Assembly (NCBI RefSeq): GCF_006345805.1
Contig: NW_021835775.1
Coordinates: forward strand, 1 to 38,727
Source of the DNA: Octopus sinensis
Taxonomy: Eukaryota
Length of the DNA: 38,727 bases
Direction of reading: 5' to 3'
Shown here: piece after piece, positions 23,976 to 34,772 of the stretch
Numbering within the stretch: the first letter of the stretch is position 1
Layout: every line of letters starts with the position of its first letter
The notes under the pieces: model-generated
Database searches by the model: none
Told to the model about the DNA's origin: nothing
What the model saw: the letters and a program-made list of their open reading frames with translations, nothing else
Position numbers and translations under genes: made by a program

Positions 23976-24130
23976 TATATATATATATATATACATATAT
24001 GTATATGAATATATATATATATATATATATATGATATACATATATATATGAATATATATATATATATGAATATATATATATATATATACATGAATATATA
24101 TATATATATATTATATATATATAATATATA
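23226..24130. repeat. ~900-bp (TA)n tract with recurrent TGAA interruptions
   Basis: Directly visible; source of the IYIY ORFs. Confidence 0.97.
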
Positions 24131-24190
24131 TGAATAAATAAATGGAGTTGAACGAAGATGTTAGCAGTTCAACTCCATTTATTTATTCAT
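24130..24190. other. Perfect 24-bp hairpin with a 13-nt loop
   Basis: ATGAATAAATAAATGGAGTTGAAC (24130-24153) is the exact reverse complement of 24167-24190. Confidence 0.95.
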
Positions 24191-24350
24191 TCATATATAA
24201 CACACACATTTCTGAACCTGGAGTTTCTACCTTTGGATAGGTCGCTTCAACCGTGTTTCTGACGTGAATTTTCCACCCTGGTATCGGTTCATCGAATTTT
24301 CCATGTTGACGGTAAACACAGGATAATTCATTCAACTATCGAAATATATA

Positions 24351-24382
<32 letters not shown>

Positions 24383-24399
24383 CTGTAAATGTGACACAG

Positions 24400-24475
24400 A
24401 TAAATTCCTCTATTTACATACTATCGAGGTCTCTTTCATTCTTTTGTTGTCTTACCATTTCTATCAATATATATA
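24400..24475 (+). repeat. Short interspersed repeat; second copy at about 30800-30870
   Basis: TTCCTCTATTTACATA.TAT.GAGGTCTCTTTC.TTCTTTTGTT.TCTTACC in both places, each followed by (TA)n. Confidence 0.75.
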
Positions 24476-24548
24476 TATATAATATTTTCTTTTTAAGAAT
24501 ATTTCTACCCCTCTTAAAAAGGTATGTGCGTGTGTTCACACATACATA

Positions 24549-24586
<38 letters not shown>

Positions 24587-24587
24587 A

Positions 24588-24912
24588 ACTGGTACTCCGC
24601 TGGTTACGCCGACGAGTGTTCAAGCTGATCCGATCAACGAAACAGACTGCTCGTCAAATTAATATGCAACCCGCTGAGCAGGTCACAAGTACGCGTACCC
24701 TTAACGTAGTTCTCACAGAGAGGAAATTCAGCGTGACACATATTAAGGCAAGGCTGGTCCTTTGATTTGTATGTACAACTCTTTGTTGGCAGCTGAGTTG
24801 ATTGGTGCAATTTGAAATAAAATGTCTTGCTGAAAGATACAACGCACCTCCAGAAATCGAAATCACGACCTTTCGATCGAGAGCAGAAGAGCAGAATATC
24901 CTAACCTCTAAG
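24588..24912 (-). mobile_element. SINE-D (CORE-type), diverged
   Basis: Minus-strand tRNA head plus CORE-like body; homologous to 25645-25975. Confidence 0.75.
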
Positions 24913-25145
24913 CCTCCTGTTTCATTTCGTGTTTTTCATCATCAAGCTGACCAAAGCTGTCTGTTCATTTCCTGCATTAAAGGGGCTAAATGCCTCAGGC
25001 CAACATGTCTGTTTACTCAGCAGTTTTGTCGAGTGTAATAGTAGACGTGAAACCAATGGAAAATTTTTAACTGGCTATATGCCATAACCAGGAATATACT
25101 ACTCGACAGTATCTACATACACACACATGCATATACATACGTACA

Positions 25146-25146
25146 T

Positions 25147-25220
<74 letters not shown>

Positions 25221-25232
25221 ATCTATCTATCG
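25146..25232. repeat. (TATC)n microsatellite
   Basis: Directly visible. Confidence 0.95.
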
Positions 25233-25251
25233 ATCCACGTAACGACGCATA

Positions 25252-25441
25252 CTTCACTCAGGGCTATCTGCTCCTTCACCTTTTGCTCCTCTCTGGGCTT
25301 TTTCTTCTTTCCGACGAAGAGCCATGTTCGAAACGTCATTTCCACTTCTATTTTTCCTTCTTAGACTTTTACAGAACGTCAGTCTAATATATTCAGTGTA
25401 TATGTCTAATTGAATTTTGTTTCTTTTTTTTGCTTACAAAC
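25252..25441 (+). repeat. Interspersed ~200-bp repeat (partner of 18010-18210)
   Basis: Near-identical to the reverse complement of 18010-18210. Confidence 0.85.
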
Positions 25442-25460
25442 ACACACACACACACGCACG

Positions 25461-25492
<32 letters not shown>

Positions 25493-25498
25493 CATACC

Positions 25499-25554
<56 letters not shown>

Positions 25555-25644
25555 CATACATATATATAGATATATTTATATATATATATTATATTATATA
25601 TATACATACGTACACACACACAAACATACGCACACACATATAAA

Positions 25645-25975
25645 AGGAGCACTCCGTCGATTACGACGACGAGGGTCCCAGCTGATACAATCAACGGAAC
25701 AGCTTGCTCGTGATATTAACGTGCAGGTGGCTGAGCACTCCACAACCACGTGTACCCTTAACGTAGTTCTCAGGGAGATTCAGCGTGACACAGAGTGTGA
25801 CAAGGTTGGCCCTTTTTGAAATACAAGTACTACTGATTTTTGGCAGCTAAGTGGACTGGAGCAACATGAAATAAAGTGTCTTACTCTGCTCAAGGACACA
25901 ACGCGTCGCCGGGAATTGAACTCATGACCTTACGATTTTGAGCAGAATGCCCTAACCGCCAAGCCACGCGCCTTA
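25645..25975 (-). mobile_element. SINE-D (CORE-type)
   Basis: Minus strand GGCGCGTGGCTTGGCGGTTAGGGC...GAGTTCAATTCCCGGCGACGCGTTGTGTCCTTGAGC. Confidence 0.85.
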
Positions 25976-26409
25976 CACACAAACACACACATACACACAC
26001 ACATATATACACACACACACATATATAGAAATGGTGGACGCTCTTGTGGTATACGACTGATGAGGTTTTCACAATCTGTGTAGTCAACAATCTGTGTAGA
26101 TGATTTGTTTATAGTCGTCAAATGTATGTGCTGTACTTTAGTTTACTCTCTCTATCAAATAGACATTGCCTGTATACGTGTACTGTGTCACATAAAGGCT
26201 TGCGGATGAATACTATAGGTAAGCAGGTCGCCAATAGATTTACCCTTCTGGGAGTCGTGCTGGTAGTTGCTGAGAAATGTCAGTTTGGAAAGCCTGGTTG
26301 TTAACAGCTGTTTCAAATTATTTATTAGTTGTTAGAAGTGGGAACGCAGTCACTGAGATTCCACTTTTGGGGGGGTGGATCACGTTGTACCATGTGTTCA
26401 CAAAACTTA

Positions 26410-26561
26410 GAATAGTTTGATAGAGAGAATGGAGAGAGAGAGAAAGAGATAATGAGAGAAACATAGAAACATAGAGACAGGGAGAGAAAAAGAGAGAGAG
26501 AGGGAGAGAGAAAAAGAGAGGAAAAGAGAAAGGAAGAAAAAGAAGGAGAGAAAGAGAGAGA

Positions 26562-26612
<51 letters not shown>
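26410..26612. repeat. Polypurine (GA)-rich tract
   Basis: Directly visible. Confidence 0.95.
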
Positions 26613-26614
<2 letters not shown>

Positions 26615-27807
26615 AAGATACTGGAATGAAGAAAAAAAATTGGGGTAGAGTTTTATCGAGCGAGTACAGTTGATTGCAAATCAGAAGTTAAACGTGTCCG
26701 ATTTCTTTGTGGCTACTGGCTACGGAATATCTTCAGAAACATCATAGTTAACAAGGCGCATACTGTCATATTTGTAGATTTCAACTTTAAGATTTAAGAC
26801 AGGAAATCTTTTAAAATGTCCAATTAATGAATTTGTTTTACGTGTACGGTTGACAGTCTCTGATGAGTTTCCGTTTGCAGCTATTTGTAAACCAGTTTTG
26901 TGTCATGAGTTTTGCTTGCATGAAGAATACAAATGATCATGCTTAAACGTGTAGTTTAGTCTCCTACGTAGCTGTCTCGGATGGGTTAGGGATGAAACAC
27001 ATTTACAGTCAAAGAGGAGTTAGCATAACACTGGCGAAGCTACAACCTGTTAACAGACCTGATGTGAAACAGGGCCCAAGAGGTGTGTGTGTGTGTGTGT
27101 GCTGTATTCTCAGCAAAGTCATAGTAAAGTGAAATGATCTGTAATAGTCATAATTAAGAAGCTGGACTATTCGATGTTTGGAGTGTATGAATATTATTTA
27201 CAAATACGTATACAGGATGATAACTAAATGTTGCAGGGAGCCTATGGTGATAAAAGTTACGGCTTGTGCACTAGCACTAACGGTATGAGAACAGTATGAT
27301 AACCCAAAGGGTTTGCATCGAGGATGATGACTTCGAGATGGATGAAGCACAATAAATGTTTTCGACAGGAATAAAAAGAAATTGAGTTTAGGCTAGGCTA
27401 AAACTGCAACGTAATGTGCTTGCGATACAAGGTGGGGAAACTAAAAATATTAGATTCGATTATGGCGAAGAGAAAAACAGAGACAAAATCATCAACAGCC
27501 CGTCAATAAATGTGCGAAAGCCCGAACAGGTGCAAAGGTATTAGCTAGATATACTATATGTAAATAGCAGCAATGATATGATTTACAATGATAGGAATGC
27601 ATGATGAGAAATCACAGACGAATCAATCCCAATAAATGCCTTTTATTTAATTTTGGACACAGAGGGATGAAAGCAAATTGACTCCACAAAGATTTGAGCT
27701 GTAGCCCACGTGAAGTATATAAATAGGGATTCACCTACGGGAAATAAATAATAGGGATTCACAAACAAATGGTGGAAGCAGGTTACGCGCTGTCACATGC
27801 ACGCCTT

Positions 27808-27809
<2 letters not shown>

Positions 27810-27849
<40 letters not shown>

Positions 27850-27872
27850 ACTACTACTACTACTACTACTAC
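27810..27872. repeat. (CTA)n microsatellite
   Basis: Directly visible. Confidence 0.95.
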
Positions 27873-27921
27873 TCAGTCTGCACAATGGGAATATTTGGAA
27901 TGGGTATATTTGTGTGAAAAG

Positions 27922-28338
27922 AACGGCGGCGAGCTGGCAGAAACGTTAGCATGCCGGGCGAAATGCGTAGCCGCATTTCGTCTGCCGTTACGTTCTGAGT
28001 TCAAATTCGGCCGAGGTCGACTTTGCATTTCTTCCTTTCGGGGTCGATAAATTAAGTACCAGTTACGCATTGGGGTCGACATAATCGACTTAATCCGTTT
28101 GTCTGTTCCTGTTCGTCCTCTCTGTATGTAGCCCCTTGTGGGCAGTAAAGAAATAGGTATTTCGTCTGCCGCTAAGTTATGCGTTCAAATTCCGCCGTGG
28201 TCGACATTGCCTTCCATCCTTTCGGGGTCGATTAAATAAGTACCAGTTACGCACTGGGGCCGATGTAATCGACTTAATTCCCTTGTCTGTCCTTGTTTGT
28301 CCCCTCTATGTTTAGTCCCTTGTGGGCAATAAAGAAAT
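27922..28338 (+). mobile_element. SINE-B dimer, second unit starting at the internal GGTA
   Basis: Junction AAAGAAATA|GGTATTTCGTCTGCC at 28155/28156, the same SINE position as 20964/20965. Confidence 0.9.
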
Positions 28339-28829
28339 CAATATTAATCACTGTATTTTGTTTGTCTTTAAAAAAAAATAACAGGTGCAGCACTCACCAG
28401 TTCAGAATTAAAAAAATTAGGAAACATTCCGGCTTCGTATGAATATATTTTACTGGGTAAAGAAAACTATTCTACGGCTGTAAGGTGGTGTTTAATTTTC
28501 AACGCTCATCCTATCCACGTTCAAACTCACTCAAAGATGAAGTCTGCGAGAGTTTGTGCTGGTAAGTTTAAGTTTAATCGAAATAAAAGTTTTCAAATAA
28601 TTTATAAATGTTTCTATTTTAATGATCAATACCTTCATTTCATAAGAGCCTATATTCAAAATCCCGTACTCTGGGTATTGGACTTGTAATGACAGCAGTA
28701 AAGAGTTACATGACAAGCTTCAAAAAAGTTTTGCATATTTTCACAATTCCACTAACAGGTCGAATTTACAGAATGCATATTAGATGAACTCTTTCTTCAT
28801 ATAAGAGAACCTTACTTATCATGATTCTA

Positions 28830-29021
28830 CAGTTCTATATTTAAGAGATGAGGAATTATGTACATTATTTACATTATTTAGATTTGACGGATATTTGTCA
28901 TCTTGTTTGTTGTTAACACAACGTTTCGGCTGATATTCCCTCCAGCCTTCATCAGGTGTCTTGGAGAAATTTCGAACCTGGGTTCTCATTCCTAAGGTAT
29001 TTTTCGATATTGTTGTTGTTG

Positions 29022-29072
<51 letters not shown>

Positions 29073-29143
29073 TATTATTATTATTCAGGTCACTGCCTGG
29101 AATCGAACTCGGAATCTTAGGGTTAGTAGCCCGCGCTCTTAAC
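28830..29143 (-). mobile_element. tRNA-head + (TAA)n + hammerhead element, left arm
   Basis: Minus strand: GGTTAAGAGCGCGGGCTACTAACCCTAAGATTCCGAGTTCGATTCCAGGCAGTGACCTG, (TAA)n, then a body containing CTGATGA...GAAAC. Confidence 0.8.
28915..28960 (-). ncRNA. Minimal type I hammerhead ribozyme motif
   Basis: GACAC-CTGATGA-A-GGCTG[GAGGGAATAT]CAGCC-GAAAC-GTT-GTGTT: stem I GACAC/GTGTT, stem II GGCTG/CAGCC, palindromic AACGTT stem III, GUU cleavage triplet. Matches the minimal dimeric HHR architecture of Penelope-like elements; activity untested. Confidence 0.75.
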
Positions 29144-29185
29144 CCCAATATTCCGAGTTCGATTCCAGGCAGTGATCTGAATAAT

Positions 29186-29223
<38 letters not shown>

Positions 29224-29817
29224 AATAATGATGATGATGATGATAATAGTGGCTCTGATGGCTTCTAATCTTAACTGATTGGAAGTGTTATCATGTACAT
29301 TGTTTTGTCTTGGTATAAAAGATGGGCTACAGCAAATAATCTGCTCAATACCACAGAGTTGCTTGTCAGTGTTTGACCTTAACCAGTTGAGCTGTCCCTT
29401 AGGGCTGACGATAGGTGCATCTCTGATCACGGCAGAAGTAGTAGTGGGGGAGCATCATAGCCATGTGTTGAGAGGGATTCTTTGGGGTTTGGATTATTCA
29501 CTTCTGGAAACATGTGTGTTTCGTTCAACAGCCTTAAACAATCCTTATTCATGAACCTTTTGAGTGGGATGGGTTACTCGACCAGAAGAAAATTTTAACT
29601 GGGCCCCACTTGCAAATTCATGTGCTGTTTATCTTGATATGAGATCACAATGTCACGCACATATTGTTGTGATGTATGTGCCTATTGTACCCTTATCAGA
29701 CGGGTAGTCATGATGGGTATACTGGGCTTCGTAAATTTTACCCCAGAGTCATTTCGATGCCATGCACTGCTCTCTCACTCAATAATAATAATAATAATAA
29801 TAATAATATAATAATAA

Positions 29818-29848
<31 letters not shown>

Positions 29849-29990
29849 AAGAATGATAACTTCGAAAAATACCCGAGGAATGAGAACCCAGGTTCGAAAT
29901 TTCCCCAAGACACCTAATGAAGTCTGGAGGGTATATCAGCTGAAACGTTGTGTTAACAACAAACAAGATGAGTCTGAAGAAGTTGCACAA
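29140..29990 (+). mobile_element. tRNA-head + (TAA)n + hammerhead element, right arm (interrupted, core mutated)
   Basis: Mirror tRNA half at 29140-29185; body 29860-29975 about 93% identical to the left arm by eye; core reads CTAATGA. Confidence 0.75.
29248..29781 (+). mobile_element. ~520-bp non-coding element inserted in (TAA)n, copy 1 (strand defined relative to the TAA strand)
   Basis: Flanked by (TAA)n on both sides, ends CTCACTC|AATAATAAT; reverse-complement homolog at 36845-37362. Confidence 0.85.
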
Positions 29991-29994
29991 AGTG

Positions 29995-30105
29995 GATGTA
30001 GCGGTTTTTAAAACAAAGCTGGACATCTTCCTGTCAAGAGTCCCAGATGAACCTACCTCACATATTAGACGAGGTTCGTCGTAATAACAGTGTAGCACAG
30101 ACAAT
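29995..30105 (+). pseudogene. CR1 ORF2 extreme C-terminal fragment
   Basis: LHKVDVA.FKTKLDIFLSRVPDEPTS matches the CR1 FK..LD.FL..VPD.P terminus. Confidence 0.65.
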
Positions 30106-30435
30106 TGTATGCGATACTTATCTTGAAAGGTACAGTCCAAACCCACGTGCTTGTACGAAGAAATTTTCTTTCACGAAAAGATTTGCCACCATGTGCTTTT
30201 CGGCGAATATTCTAGCATGCGTAACCAAATTTACTGTATTATATTTGGCTTCAAGCGAAATATATTACGTTTATAATTAATATATTTTCAATTAAAGTAT
30301 TTTAGTAGACTTTATGAGTTAACAAGTTCTACTTTTTGTTACTTTTAGTAGAATATTTCGTCGATTTATGCGAACCTTTCTGTTTTTTCACAGAGCAAAA
30401 GCAAACACGTCTTCCCTCTACGAAAACCGGAAGTG

Positions 30436-30489
<54 letters not shown>

Positions 30490-30869
30490 ATGTTACATTA
30501 CTCGGTAGTCAAGATAAAACTCTGAGTTTCAGATGCCGAAGTGGAAATCCACAACACCATCTCTTCGGTTATCTGGCTATTTGAACACGTTATGAAAAAA
30601 TACCGTTAAATAAAGGGAAATTACTCCGTTATAACTCTGCTTGCCTGCGTACTTATACATCGCTCGCATTTTTCGTCATAAAAATTATATAAAAATACAT
30701 AAAAAATATATAAAAAAATATATAAAAATAGATAAATTCTTCTTGGGACATAACATAGAAAGCATGTTCTATCTGTTTTCTTTAGGGGACCAAAAACGTA
30801 ACAGAAATTTCCTCTATTTACATAATATTGAGGTCTCTTTCTTTCTTTTGTTATCTTACCGTTTTGTCA

Positions 30870-31410
<541 letters not shown>

Positions 31411-31700
31411 ATTAGAAAAAAACACCTTTTATCAAATCAATAATGAAAAATTAAATTATACCATTTAAACATATATAAATAATCTTGTAAAGTACGTTAT
31501 ATCTTAACAAATATATTCATGTTTAAATTAAAAAAATAGAATAAAAACTAAGATGCAATTAATCAAAATATTTAAAACAAATATATATATATAAATAAAA
31601 TACAAAATATACATTAAGTGAAAACTAAATATTATTTAACTTTTAAATTGTATTAAGTTTGATTATTATTATTATTAATATTATTATTATTATATTTATT

Positions 31701-34692
31701 ATTCAATAGTTTTATTTTTATAGCGTGCTTTCACTTCACTACCGAGCGCAGCTCTGTGTGCCTTGGGTATGTGCTGTGATTTGTTGTGATGCTCTGATGG
31801 TTATTGTATGGAAAGTGTTCTGCGTAGGATGCGTGCAGTGCCTAGTAGTGCAATTTTCTGTATGTTATATGTGTTTGTAAGTCCTGGTGTTTTTGTTATG
31901 TATTTGTCTGAATATTTTTTTATCATGCCTAATGCACCTACTATGATAGGAATTGTTTCTGTTTTCAGATTCCACATTCTAGTTACCTCTATTTCCAGGT
32001 CTTTGTATTTTGAGAGTTTCTCCATTTCTTTTAGAGACACGTTGTCATCTGCCGGTATTGATACATCAATTAGAAAGCATATTTTTTCTTCATGATCTCT
32101 GACAACTATATCTGGTCTGTAGGCCTTAATTTGTCTATCTGTGTGTATCGGCATATCCCAGAGTATGGTTGCTTTCTCGTTTTCTGTGACCTTTTCTGGT
32201 GTGTGCCTATACCATCTTTTTTCTGTTGTTATTCCATAATGTTGGCATAGCTTCCAATGTATGTAGGTTCCAACTCTGTGAATATATTCCTTCTTAGCCA
32301 GGACTGGGCAACCAGAGATAATATGATTTATTGTTTCTTGTCCATCTCCACATATTCTGCAGTTACTTGTTATATTTCTTTTCATTACATGTTTTTGGTA
32401 ATTTCTGGTGGGGAGGCTTTGGCCTTGTGCTGCAATTAGAAATCCCTCTGTCTCTGCTTTGAGTCCTGAGCTTCTCAACCATTGCTGGGATTTTTCTTTA
32501 TCTATTTCTTTTGCGTTTAGTTTAGTGCAGTATTTACCATGAAGGGGCTTTTCTTGCCATCGTTTTATCATGGTTTGTTGCTGTTCTATTTTTAGTTTGG
32601 ATTTCATTTGTTTTATAGCTTTTGTTGTTTCTTCATCATCTTCTTCTTCTTCTTCGTGTTTATTAGGTGGTATGATTTCTTGTTTGTATTTGTCAGCTTC
32701 CTTAAATACTGAGAACAGTTTTTTGTTTTGCTCGTGTTTTGCTGCTATTTGTATCAGTTTTCCTTCCTTCTGAAGTAGATATTTTTGCAGTCCTATGGTG
32801 GTTATTTTATAGTAGTTTTCCAGCTGTATAAGGCCTCTACCACCTTCTATACGTTGTATATATAGTCTTTCTATGTCAGATTTTGGGTGAATCATCCTAG
32901 ATTCTGTCAGTATTTTTCTTGTTTTCCTATCTATTTTGGACAGTTCATTTCGTGTCCAGTTAAAGATATTGTAGCTGTAACTTATAACTGGGACAGCTAA
33001 AGTGTTGATACCTATTATCTTGTTTTTAGCATTGAGCTCTGTTTTTAGTATTGATCTAATTCGTCTATAATATTCTTTTTTATTTTCTCTTTCATTTGTG
33101 TGTGCTGTGTCTTATCTAGTTCATGAATTCCTAAGTATCTGTAAGTTTGGCTTTGGTCTAATTCTTTTATTTCATAGGTTTTATCCAGTGTTATTTTGCT
33201 ACTCTTAACTAGTTTTCCTCTTTTCATGGTTACTCTGGCGCATTTTTCTAATCCAAATTTCATATCTATTTCTTGGTAAATCCATGAACTGTCTTAATAG
33301 TGTTCCAGCTGTTTGTCATTTGCAGCGTATAGTTTTAGGTCATCCATATATAAAAGGTGGCTGATCGTTTTGCCGTAACATTTATATCCGCATCCAGTTC
33401 TATTAGCATATCAGATAGAGGTGACAGTGCCAAGCAGAAAAGGAGTGGAGAGAGCGTGTCTCCCTGGAATATTCCTCTTCTAATGGGGATGTCTTTGGTT
33501 TTCATGAGTCCCTCTTTTGTTTGGAGGTATAGGACTGTTTGCCATTTATTCATAGAGTGCTCTATGAATTTTATGATTGTTGGTGCTACTTTGTTAATGG
33601 CTAGTGTTTCGAGGATCCATGTGTGGGGGATGCTATCAACGCCTTTTTGTAGTCAATCCAGGCCATACTGAGACCTTTCTTCTTTCTGTGGCTGTCTTCA
33701 GTTACGGCTTTATTAATCATTAGTTGATCTTTACAGCCATATGAGCCTTTGCGGCATCCTTTCTGCTCTTCTGGAACAGTTTGTTTTCGTCCAGGTGCTT
33801 GTTCAGCCTTTGTGATATCACTGCAGTAAATGCCTTGAACATAGTAGGGAGGCAGGTTATTGGTCTGTAGTTTTCTGGTTTTGCTGTTTCTTTGATTTGG
33901 GAATTAAGATGGTTTTCCCCTCGTGAGCCATTCAGGCATTGTCTCTGGCTCTACTAGTATGCTGTTAAAGTTTTCAGCCAGCTTTTTGTGCATTCCTGTT
34001 AGATATTTCAACCAGAAGTTGGGGATCTTGTCATGCCCAGGTGCCTTCCAGTTGCTTAGTTTTTGCAGTGCCTGGGTGACCTCTTCAGTTGTTATGGGGG
34101 TCCAAAGTTGTTCAGATGCCGAGTTGTTATTTTGATACTCCTTTTTTTGGCTGTTCGTTCGCCGACCATATTTCTCTCCAGAATTCTTCCAATTCTTCTG
34201 CCGTTGCTGCAGTGACTTCTATTTTTATTTTCCCAGTTCTTGGTAGAACTTTGGGGGTTGGAGTTGAACTTTTTGTTCTGTTCAAAGAAGCGTTGGCGTT
34301 TCTCGTACCGGCGGATCCCTTGAGCTTTGCAAGGATATCTTGCTTCAGCTTTTCTTTTATCTCCGGCAATCTTTTTCTGTGATGTTATATTTGCGGAGCA
34401 TTTTTGTTCTCTTTTTGTTGCTCAGTAGCGTTGATTGTTTGCTGATTTCATTAAGAATCGACAGGTCTTTTCTAATTTTTTTTTTGTTTTGATGTTATTT
34501 ATCCACAGGGTTTGTTTGGTGTGGTGGTACTCCTGTTTGGGCGGGTTTGGGTGAGTATCCAGCTTCTTTTGTGGCTGCAGTGGCTGCTGCGTATATCAAG
34601 TCATTTAGTTCAGTGATATCACTTTTTTTTGTTTCAGTGGCTAGTTCAGTGACGACTAGGTTTATGCTGTTTATAATTGGTGTTGTTATTTC
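31701..34692 (-). mobile_element. R4/Dong-clade RLE LINE, copy 1, 5'-truncated, frameshifted
   Basis: NWKAPG, NYRPITCLPT, QKGC, WIDYKK, RRGIFQGDTLSPLLF, YMDD (33339-33350), CRIC..ETINHIISGC knuckle, RPDIV...IDVSIP..K.SKYKDL (PD-D/ExK endonuclease). (TAA)n on both sides. Confidence 0.93.
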
Positions 34693-34693
34693 G

Positions 34694-34750
<57 letters not shown>

Positions 34751-34772
34751 ATTATTATTATTTTTATTATTA

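Noticed and set aside
26858-26890. CTGATGAG as a hammerhead core or snoRNA C box
   Set aside because: No downstream GAAA, stem or D box.
28819-29430. 203-aa ORF and the antiparallel 105-aa ORF as genes
   Set aside because: They run through (TAA)n and the palindrome; the shared peptide RSLPGIELGILG on both strands only reflects the inverted repeat.
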